A stretch of 59,364 nt of DNA, the filler included, from Circinaria calcarea (lineage: Eukaryota): NCBI GenBank assembly GCA_051942165.1. It is 2 parts of 2 records of this genome, joined end to end, with 100 filler letters (N's around TTAATTAATTAA, not from the genome) between each part and the next. Parts side by side here need not be neighbours in the genome. Positions count along the whole stretch, not along the records: positions 29,965 to 59,364 come from JAVECS010000045.1; 1 more part is not named here. One strand, 5' to 3'. Below, piece by piece: positions 49,522-59,364 of the stretch. A program made the position numbers and the translations under genes. Numbering within the stretch: position 1 is the first letter of the stretch; each line of letters starts with the position of its first letter. The notes beneath the pieces are model-generated. The model saw nothing but the letters and a program-made list of their open reading frames with translations. It made no database searches and was not told where the DNA came from.

Positions 49522-52500
49522 ATGGCCCTCAATGAAGTCGAATGGTACGAGACAGTGCGGAGTCGCGTTGTTGATCTGGTGGGAGACTACGCCGGGAAAG
49601 AACTCTTCCTGCTAGAGGGAGATTCCCTGTTACTAGAGTGCTTCGGAGACACGAGATTAGATTTCCACGGTACTATTTCTACCCATCACTTCTGCTCCTT
49701 CGGTATTGCTAGCTGACATCCAACAGATGGGTTTCAGCTTCTTCACGCAGTCTACATCGTCGAAAGTTTCCTGGGAAACCTGGTTAGGAGGGGATGCAAT
49801 TTCCATGTGGTATTCTTTGACGGTAGACCCTTTTTCCGCGAGTGCATGGCATTCTCCTTTTCTGATAGAACTGCTAGCTCACGCTGAACTATCTATCCCG
49901 TCAACATCGCCGCAAGCATCCAGAACACGGTACCTTCTTGCAAGATCAATCATCATCCAACACCTCACCTTAAAACTCTGCATTTCACAGCCCCAAGTTG
50001 AAGTTCATCGATTTGCTAAGTACAGGAGCCAGGGGTTTCAGCAGTACCTTGAATCGGCAGGAATCTACTTTGTCATGTCCCATGATGGCTCCAAGCCTTC
50101 ATCAACGTCCAAGAACAAGGAAGGAATGGGAGCCATCTCAGCTCCGAATTCCTCTGCGCGAGCTTTTCGGGCTATGATATTCTGGCTAACATTGCTCGGG
50201 TTCAATGTAGCTTTGATCAACGAAGTAGAGTGGAGGGACAGTAAGGTTAGGTGAAAACCGCCCTGAAAGTAAGGACTGATATACTCACAATATCTATCTC
50301 AGGTCATGACGAGAGTAATTGAAGGTGTTCGACGACAAAGGTTACGCTCCGGTGCCGTTCATATCGAAGGCGTCAACGGTGAAGTCCACCAGTCTCATGA
50401 TACCCATAGAATTGCTACCACGACATCTCTTGCTACACTTTTACCCATCATCAGAGAATGTAGAGGTAGACTCTGTGAGAGGGATTTTCTCACGATCTTT
50501 TGCCTATCAAAGATACTAGGACGTGATGAAAGCAACGGACCTCTAGCATCCGCCCTACTTCTACATCTCGCCTACCTGAGACATCTTTCCGTTGCACAAA
50601 GAAGAATGAACCATGTTACTTTTAGCAGTCCGGATCAAGATGCATGCTTCAAAGATTTCATGACCAAGTTTTCCGATATTGCAAGAATAGTAATTGAGGA
50701 CGGTAATTGGAGAGCAGTCATGGAGGAACAAGAAGTCAGTTATGATCTTGAAGACCTGATAGACGGCAGGCTACTGAGAGCTATAATTCATGCTGTCGGT
50801 AAGAACGATCTTCTGTCGTCACTCGGTCCTGGACCTATTAGAGAGGACTTTGAGACCCTTTGTAGTGCCCTATATTCGTTGTGTACTGACGGCGGTTCAC
50901 TGGACGAGCGGGTTAACTTTGGGACGAAGGTCGACCACATGGGATGCTCGAAAGCACTGGCTATGAGCATTCTTCCGTTCTCGAACCCGATCTTTGACAA
51001 ACACCTTGGATCTATCCACATCTCTGTCGATATGTCATCTTCTGCTAGACATGAGCAATACCTCCCTACAATCTCCAAGGAACTGTCCCACTGGCATAAT
51101 TCGAAACGTCTCCTCGACCCAAAAAAGGTGAATCCCGATGGTAGACCAGTCACGAAGTGGCGGAACCCTCTTAGGAGTAATCAAATGTATATGGCAGAGA
51201 TGACTGCTTACGCTGCAAGTTTGACCAATACCAAGGGCAAGATGCTAACACCGGAGATCATAAGTGTATCAGCTGTGAAAGGATCTAGTGGCACTTCCCA
51301 TGCGGGCAAAGATCCGAAAGGAAAGAAAGAGATCAAGTCCAAGGGTCCTTTGAAGATGGAAAAAGAAAGCAAGTTAAAGGGCCCATCTAAAGCGGATCTG
51401 ATTATTGCTGAGAACAAGGCTAAGAAGGATAAAGTGGATAGCTCAAGGGCGTTCGCTGCCTGGGACGAAGTGAGAAAGCGAATCGATAAACTTGAGCCCG
51501 AATCGAGGTATTTGGAGGCAGGTCTCTATATTTATCGCCTTGAAGAAGCCAAGTCGGGGATATTATTGGTGGATGTGGAAATGTATCGCCTGCAAGCGCT
51601 TCTCCACTGGTGGGCGAGCTTCTGCAAGCAAGAGCGAAAGGAAGAAGGCTATAGTATTGTTGCACTAATATGGGACATCGTCCGACGCCTTGGATCATCT
51701 GGAGTCGAGATGACGAAAGCCGCCGCTGCCTCCATTGGTGACGTTTGTTCGCTCTTGGGATTACCAACCCCAGGGTTGCCAACACAACTCTTGGATCGCC
51801 CACTGTCATTCAAGTTCCAATTGCCACTGGCCACCTCTGAGACTCTTGCAATAGACATACCACCGAGGGAATTCCAGCTTCTCCATTGTGGCCCTTATAT
51901 GGACCGTAATACAGATGCCTCTCCGGATTCTCGGGTACCGTCGTTCCACCCTGACCGCTGGCAACGACAGGTGCTGGATGAGCTCGATGCAAACAATAGC
52001 GTATTTGTGGTAGCTCCGACATCCGCCGGTAAAACTTTCATCAGTTTCTACGCCATGGAGAAGGTGCTGCGTAACAGTAACGATGATATCCTAGTTTATG
52101 TTGCTCCGACAAAAGCTCTGGTCAATCAGATTGCTGCCGAAATTCAAGGGAGATTTCGAAAGACCTATCCACATGCGGGCCATAGTGTGTGGGCCATTCA
52201 CACACGAGACCACCGGATCAACAACCCAGCAGGCTGCCAGATTCTTGTTACAGTTCCCCATATTTTACAAATCGTACGTCTTCGGTGTCCCAAACAAAGT
52301 ACATTCACTGACGAACACAGATGCTTCTTGCTCCTTCCAATGCTCAATCATGGGCCCCGAGGGTGCAGCGCATCATCTTTGATGAGATTCATTCAATAGG
52401 TCAAGCGGAGGATGGTGTCGTATGGGAACAGCTTCTGCTTTTAGCTCCGTGCCAAATAATTGCGCTTTCTGCCACCGTCGGGAATCCCGAGGAATTCAAC

Positions 52501-55269
52501 GATTGGCTTACATCAGCCCAGAAGTCTTCGGGCATCAAGCTTACCATGATTCAACACAAGCAACGATACTCTGACCTTCGGAAGTTTGTTTACACACCAC
52601 CCAAGCACTTATCTTTCAAAGGATTGAACGATGTAAAGCAATCGACGGGAGTCCTCGGTTTGGATCGGACCCCGAATCTCCAGTACTTTCACCCAGTGGC
52701 CAGTTTGGTGAACAAATCACGCGGTCTCCCTGATGACCTGACTTTAGAGGCTCGAGACTGCTTACTTCTATGGAGATCGATGGTTAAGTACCAAACCACA
52801 CAATTCAGTGTTCCCAAGTCGTTGCATCCCGAGAAGACCCTTCCGCAATTCGTCAAGAGGGTGGATATATTCGCTTGGGAGGCGGCCCTTAAGAAGATTC
52901 TTGTAGAGTGGATAGAGCAAGCCGATTCTCCGTTTGACAAAGTCATAGAAGACCTAAGTAAGAACTTGTACGACACAGAATCTGACAAGACAGGCGCCAC
53001 CAACGGAAATTCAAACGGACTACATACTTCAAAGGACGATTGTGAAATCATCGATCCTGAAGATCTTCGTAGTACTACCTTGCCCTTGATATTGCGCTTA
53101 CACGAACGAAATGCTTTACCGGCGATATTTTTCAACTACGATCGTCTGCATTGCGAGCAGATTGCGAGGGCGGTACTTACGAAGCTGGAAGCTGCAGAGC
53201 AACGACACAAGGAGACGAGCAGGGAATGGAAAACCCTAGTCGAAGGTTTTGAACAGTGGAAGAAGGCGCAAGAAGCGAAACCGGCCCGAAAGGATAATAA
53301 ATCGAGCGTAAAAAAGAAGAAGAAGGGTAAAGGAGGGTCAGACGATGATGAGGCCGACGACCCTTTGTCAAAGGCTGATGCTATGCGGGACGGAGCGAGT
53401 CAAGAAAAGACATTCTATGAAAGCTTCGATCCAGACGAGCCACTTGGCAAATTTACTTTCGCTGACCCGAAGAGATACGAATCATCTTCACTTGAGCAAG
53501 ATATTCACTTCTTGAAGCGAAAGGGAATACAAGAGTGGTTATGTGATTGTCTAAAAAGGGGAATTGGTGTTCATCATGCTGGTATGAACAGAAAGTATCG
53601 TCAGGTGTAAGTTCTTCTCTACCCCAAAAAGAAGATCGATTCTTGCTGGGAAACTAGATGCTTTCCTCAAATCTCTTGAAAAGTTACACAAATATACGCT
53701 GACCAAAGCATGCTTTCTAGTGTCGAGGTGCTCTTCCGTAGGGGCTTTCTTCGAGTTGTTATCGCAACCGGCACACTGGCGTTAGGCATTAACATGCCTT
53801 GCACCACTGTCGTCTTCAGTGGAGACAGCGTATTCCTTACGGCCTTAAACTTCCGCCAGGCTGCTGGGCGTGCCGGACGTCGAGGATTCGATCTCTTGGG
53901 TAATGTTGTTTTTCAGGGCGTATCCATGGCAAAAGCATGCCGGCTGCTGAGTTCGAGATTGCCTGACCTTAACGGGCACTTCCCAATTACGACGACACTC
54001 GTTCTTCGACTATTCGCCCTTTTGCACGAGTCGAAAACCTCCAAGTATGCGGTACAAGCGATAAACTCTTTGCTATCGCAGCCCCGCTTATATCTCGGCG
54101 GAGCAAGTTTTAAGAGCCAGGTACTTCATCATCTTCGTTTTTCTATTGAGTACCTCCGAAAGCAATACCTCCTTGGTTCTAATGGAGAGCCAATCAACTT
54201 TGCAAACTGCGTCTCCCACTTATACTACACGGAGAACAGTAGCTTCGCCTTCCATGCGCTTCTTCGGGGCGGTTACTTCCAAGACCTTTGCGTTAACGGG
54301 GGCCTCCCACACGAAGAGCTGATGCGCACTCTTATGATAGTGATGGCCCACCTCTTTTGCCGACAAAAATGCCGAAATGTGCAGCAGGAATTCATCGAAA
54401 GCGTGATCCAAACATCCCCTTCGATAGTGTTCTTGCCTCCAATGCCAGAAAAAGCCGCCGCGATCTTACGGGAGCACAACAACGAGACACTGGCTACCTA
54501 CTGCACGTATGTTGAGACGTTTGCGGACCAGCACATTCACGACGAAGAAAGAAGTTTGCCGTTAACCCGGATCAATGTAGGAGGAAACGGAAACGAAGAG
54601 GCAGCCGCCGCTCTTGACGCTGCTCCTGCCACTAAATCACGCTCGGCATTCGTTGCTCTCTCGGGGAGCGGTGATGATTTCAAGTCCATAGCCGACCTTT
54701 GCAACACTGTTCGAACCGGGGTTTTCCTAGAGCAGGCAGTTGTGCCGCACATGGAATTGTATCCGGAGGAGGGCAGAACTCCATTGAACGCCTACATTTA
54801 CGATTTCTTCAAGCATGGTGCATTGGAACCACTTGAAGCTGCCAATGGAATACGGAAGTCGGAAGTCTGGTTTTTGCTGAATGACTTTTCTCTGATTCTG
54901 GCAACGATAATCACTAGTCTTGCTAACTTTCTCCATCTAAAGGAGACGCAAGAGCTCGACATGCTGAATATCGTGGGTAGTGGAGACGCGCTAGAAATTA
55001 ACGCGGATGAAAAATTGGCCGATGAGTTAGAGGCTCCGCCGATGGCTCAGATTCAGCCGAAGCAGACAGCGTCAGCACCAAAGAAGAAAGCGGTTGCGGA
55101 GAGCTGGGATGATGAAGATGATGGAGAGAACGCGCGGTCTTCCTCCGGAGATGGTAACAATGCGTCAAAAGGGACGGAGATGGACGAAATTGGGTTATTG
55201 AAGGTCTATTCAGCCTTTGTTCAGCTTAAGGCGGGTTTTGACGAAAAATTCAAGGCTATTTTCGCTTGA
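49522..55269 (+). CDS. Large Ski2-family DExD/H-box RNA helicase, DDX60-like
   Basis: N-terminal VDLVGDYAGKELFLLEGDSLL..GFQLLHAVY; FHPDRWQ, APTSAGKT (motif I), VAPTKALVNQ, IFDEIH (II), LSATVGN (III), GIGVHHAGM, ATGTLALGINMP, QAAGRAGRRG (VI). Five introns. Confidence 0.9.
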
Positions 55270-55894
55270 AGGGCTGATCACGGCCATTGCCATTTTAGCA
55301 TTTGCGTGGATGAGTACATGTGTGCAAAAGTTTAGAGATGCTTTAACATAGAATGCATATGGTGATCTCCTTGCTCAAGCTCAATGGTATCCAGCACTGT
55401 ATCACACCTGATTAGTCTCTTTCTTGGTCAGGACCTCTCTTGCCGTAGTACATCCGATCCATAAGGTCGAGGGTGCTTTGTGTGGAAATTGAAGGTAGGT
55501 TCATGGGGGCGAGGTATAGTCAAAATCACCCGAGAACATGGAGATTTTTCTTTCGAGGCGGGTGAGCAGAAATCGTTGCCGGAAATAGCACTGTGGTGGT
55601 ACTGGAGGACCCTTCCCACAGAAATCATAGCTCTCTAAATAAAATAAGATCTCGAACGTAAGTTCTCGCTCCAAAGACTCGATCAATAGGTGGTCGGAAT
55701 GGAGCACCCCTTGGATATACACTGATTATCTTTTCATCGGCAATGATTTTCTGCATACTAAGCTCGTTTAACTACAAATATATAACGACAGGAGGAACGC
55801 TCTCACATTCCGTCTTCAAAGCGAATATCCAGGTGTAACTTTGGTCACTGTAGAAGGACTTCTTCCATTTTGACCTTTCCCAAGTTCCACGAGT

Positions 55895-57063
55895 ATGGCG
55901 GCCCCGCACATTCCAAATCTACTCTCATCACGGGGTGCAAGGGGCTATGCAATCGGGCGCGGAAGAGGGCGAGATAGTTCCAACATCCTTGGGGAGGAGG
56001 GTGCTGCCGAGCAGAAAGAGGCAAAGGACAGGATTGTTCAGCAAACAGACCAAGACGCCAGCGTCTCCCGGACCAGTGCAGTGACGATTGGGTATCTGGA
56101 TGATCCATTTGCCCAAGAGTTTGTGTCAACTGAAGCGCAAAGGAGATTTCCAATCATCAACAGAGGTACGATGCGAAGCTACGGTGCAGGGGTGCCTCTG
56201 ATTGTGTTGATAAAGGCACATATGTTCGGACCAAGGCAATCGACCGACTAGTCGATGAGTTCCTGGCATCCGAGCCAGCAACTACAAAGCAGATTGTGTC
56301 GTTGGGAGCAGGGTCAGATACTCGATATTTCCGCCTTATGAGAAGAATTCCCCGGCCTTCCTTGATCTACCACGAGCTTGACTTCCCCACAAATACCGCC
56401 CACAAGATCGCTGCTATTACAACATCGTCTAGGCTTAGGGGATGCATAGGGGAACCTCTCTCGGTATCTACAGACGGTACCAAGCTTGACGGTCCCAATT
56501 ACCATATCCATGCGGTGGATCTACGGACATTCTACCCCCCACAGCCTTTGCAGCCTCCACCATCGGTTCTCGACAATCTTGATCCATCACTCCCGACCCT
56601 CTTAGTCTCCGAATGCTGCCTCATCTATCTCACCCCAGAGGCCGCAGATGCGGCTGTCAAGTATTTCACCACCCATATTTTCCCTGCCGGCACCTCGTTA
56701 GGTCTAATCCTCTATGAACCGATCAACCCATTTGATGCCTTTGGAAAAGTCATGGTGTCTAATTTGGCGGCCAGAGGCATTGTCTTACAGACTCTACACC
56801 GGTACAATTCACTGGAGGTGCAAAAGGAGAGGCTCAAGCTGTACGGATTCACAGACGGACGGGAAGCACTTGACGTCGATGCCATCTACGAGCAGTGGGT
56901 GGATGAGGACGAGAAAGACAGGGTGAGCAGACTAGAGATGCTGGATGAAGTTGAGGAGTGGAGGCTGCTGGCTCAGCATTATTGTGTTGCTTGGGGGTGG
57001 AGAGAGGGTAAGGCGGACGAGGGAGGATCGGACGCTTGGGCCGGATGGAAGAAGCTGTCATGA
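55895..57063 (+). CDS. PPM1: Leucine carboxyl methyltransferase 1 (PP2A methyltransferase)
   Basis: [86 protein letters not shown]. One intron. Confidence 0.94.
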
Positions 57064-57589
57064 CCCGGTTTCCGCTACGATCATACCCGAGTCTTCTCAT
57101 CCTCTTGAGAGGGAATTTCCTTTTCGGGCTTCTGATTCCATTGTTACGCATCACACATGGCAAGGCACATTTACGGCACTTCACCCCCCAAATCGCCTCT
57201 TGGGCCCAGCTAGTAACATTCAGAGGGATCCGGGGGTGGGTGCGAAATATCCCTTTGAGTGTTGTTGCACCTTTATTTACGGTCGATGGTGGGTTCTCAT
57301 CCTACGGGCGAAAGTCGGGTTACTGTCTTATGCCAAGTCCCTCGGTTTATCGTTCTTCATCAGCGCCTTCGATGGAGTGCTGCCCAGTCTTCTCTTCGCA
57401 TGTGCAAGCTCCTCATGATTGATCACGTGCACCGTCATGGGGTTCAAATTGACCATCGGAACCGGAGTTCCTGGGTTGCCGTTGTCCTTGGCTAACAGCT
57501 GTCCCTGAAGTTGTGATGATGGCCTAAAGTCGGGTGGCACCGGGACCCTGTAGTGTAGTCAATTATTACTGGCCTCGTTTTAGAGATAG

Positions 57590-57703
57590 TGTATTCCTGC
57601 AATGCATTACGTTCAAGGATCTTGGAATTTCTGCATGTTCATGTAACTAGGTAAGAGCAAGAGAGTTCGCTAAAATACTGGTCGGCTTACGTAAGCCCCA
57701 ACA
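57590..57703 (-). mobile_element. 114-bp solo-LTR/TRIM-like element, copy B (inverted relative to copy A)
   Basis: On the minus strand begins TGTTGGGG and ends ATACA; flanked by direct repeat ATAG (57586-57589 and 57704-57707); contains the perfect palindrome GGCTTACGTAAGCC. Confidence 0.85.
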
Positions 57704-58144
57704 ATAGTGCCCGGCCCAGGTACTTCCGAAATTCCGAAATAATCGGCCATGATATTACCGGTAGAAGTTGGTTATGATTGAGCAGTGACAATAGGCTCAT
57801 GAAGTTATTGGTTCCTGTTTACCCGGGCTATCCTAGAGAATATCTAACGGCTGCCTCAGGCTGACCATTCTATGTGGCTCGATGTGAATGACTAACACGC
57901 ATATGGATATGGCTGACAAGCCCGACCTGGGGTACCTGAACAGAAACGGGCAGGCCTCAGCAGCGGGTGAGCAAGTTTGAGGTGAGCAGACATGACACCC
58001 GAGCCAAGCGGCTGTGGCTGACCAAACCCTCATCGGAAGTGGAAGAGTCGAGTTCCGAAGAGCGGGTACTACTATCTACATATAACGGCAGCGGTGACCT
58101 TCCCTATAGTATCGTTTTCTGGAGAACATCAAACAATCCGCATC

Positions 58145-58978
58145 ATGCCTACCATGGATTTTGAAAACGACACGGCGAACACCTATAACGAGCTCGCCAA
58201 ATCTTACGACCGCATCGTTGGTACAAGTATCGGTTCTATTTGCCGCTATGCAGTTTCTGCTCTCCCACATCCCCTCCAGCCCGACTCGCGGGTCCTCGAT
58301 AATGCGTGCGGGACCGCCCTCCTCACCCGCCAGCTTTTGGAACAGTATCCGGAGGTGAAAGTCGACGCTACAGATATTTCTCCGGGCATGATTCAGAGCG
58401 TACGCTCACTGATTCACGCCAAACGTTGGGAAGGAAAAGTGGAAGCGGCGGTTATGGATGGGACAGATCTGAAGTTCCCTGATGAGACCTTTGATGCAAG
58501 CTTCACCATGTTTGGTATCTTTTTCCTCGGTGATAAGGGGGCAGAGCAGATCCATCGAACCTTGAAAAAGGGCGGGATGGCAGTCGTGACGACGTGGGCG
58601 TATATGGGGGGGCTACCCATCTTGCACGAAGTCCAAAAGATTGCAAAGCCTGAGACGAAACCCTTCTCGGCTCCAATGATGGACCGATGGCAGGGGAAAG
58701 AGATACTAGTGGAAACGTTGCAGAAAGGCGGGTTTGGAGATGTGCAGGTTCTTCAGAGGCAGTCATTAGCTACGGCAGAGAATACGGAAGAACTGGTGGA
58801 TATGCTCATGGAAATGTTCCAGACGATGACAACGCACGCTTGGGGGAAGGATGGGACGAATGGGATGAAGGAACCACTTAGACAGGTGCTGAAGACGCAA
58901 AAGGAAAGGTTTGTCGTGGAAGAGGAGGGGAAGGTAGGGATTCGGATGGATGCCTTTGTGGCGATTGCTATCAAATAA
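58145..58978 (+). CDS. Class I SAM-dependent methyltransferase (UbiE/COQ5-like), substrate unknown
   Basis: RVLDNACGTA (motif I), ATDISPGM, MDGTDLKFPDETFD, IHRTLKKGG. Single exon; start ATG 58145 or 58154. Confidence 0.88.
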   Translation: MPTMDFENDTANTYNELAKSYDRIVGTSIGSICRYAVSALPHPLQPDSRVLDNACGTALLTRQLLEQYPEVKVDATDISPGMIQSVRSLIHAKRWEGKVEAAVMDGTDLKFPDETFDASFTMFGIFFLGDKGAEQIHRTLKKGGMAVVTTWAYMGGLPILHEVQKIAKPETKPFSAPMMDRWQGKEILVETLQKGGFGDVQVLQRQSLATAENTEELVDMLMEMFQTMTTHAWGKDGTNGMKEPLRQVLKTQKERFVVEEEGKVGIRMDAFVAIAIK

Positions 58979-59364
58979 TGGAGAGATTGATATTTTATTA
59001 GCCTGTTCCCTTTCCCTAGGAGAGGCGCTTCCATGAAATCGTCCTCATTCGTTAAAGATATTATCGATGATAAACATTTGACATATTTAATCAATAGTCG
59101 CAACAAACAGATTCATGATAGGAGTATTACGTACAGAGTAGTAAAGGTCCAATCCCCTGAGTATAGGGCTGATATCCTACCGGAAAAATGCTTTGCCCGG
59201 CGCAGAGCTCTTTTACGGAGCGGCGATAAAGAAGTTGAAGCTTCGGTATATCAGTTGCAATGGTTCTCTCATTTATCTTGATTCAGAATAGACAGTTAGT
59301 ATAGCCCGTTCACTCTAAACCAATCACCCTCTACCAATCGTGAAATCACGCCCCCCCCCCCTTC

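Noticed and set aside
57064..57540. Short ORFs downstream of PPM1
   Set aside because: Fragmented frames with no recognisable family; possibly a decayed gene, but no evidence
20687..57703. The two 115-bp inverted copies as the ends of one giant transposon or inversion
   Set aside because: Each copy has its own distinct TSD, the interval holds conserved housekeeping genes with no transposase or recombinase, and it includes an artificial gap

Overview
Gene-dense region of a filamentous ascomycete (Pezizomycotina) nuclear genome, judged from short spliceosomal introns with CTRAY branch sites and from the fungal orthologues present. It holds about 24 protein-coding genes, most of them intron-containing. 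Housekeeping genes: MET14, VMA5, MAK21, GCV1, RPL9, SFH1, RPN13, RPL6, TAM41, BIR1, DPH5, SPT3, SNU23, PPM1. Others: a thioesterase, two transporters, bli-3, an F-box protein, a GtaA-type glutaminase, an FlbE-like protein, a DDX60-like helicase, a SAM methyltransferase and two hypothetical proteins. An artificial N-gap with a TTAATTAATTAA linker at ~29.9 kb splits the window, so adjacency across it is unproven. Four non-coding signals stand out. (1) Two copies of a 114-115 bp TG...CA element, each with its own 4-bp target-site duplication; it resembles a solo LTR or TRIM and carries a bZIP-type site at the end facing the neighbouring gene's start. (2) Two adjacent ~215 bp TA-flanked MITEs whose TIR pairs co-vary. 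(3) An unexplained, G-U-rich nested RNA fold at ~32.3-32.7 kb. (4) An unusually long, structured first intron of SPT3 containing a candidate poison acceptor. All calls were made by eye from sequence and remembered family motifs; no searches or folding programs were run.
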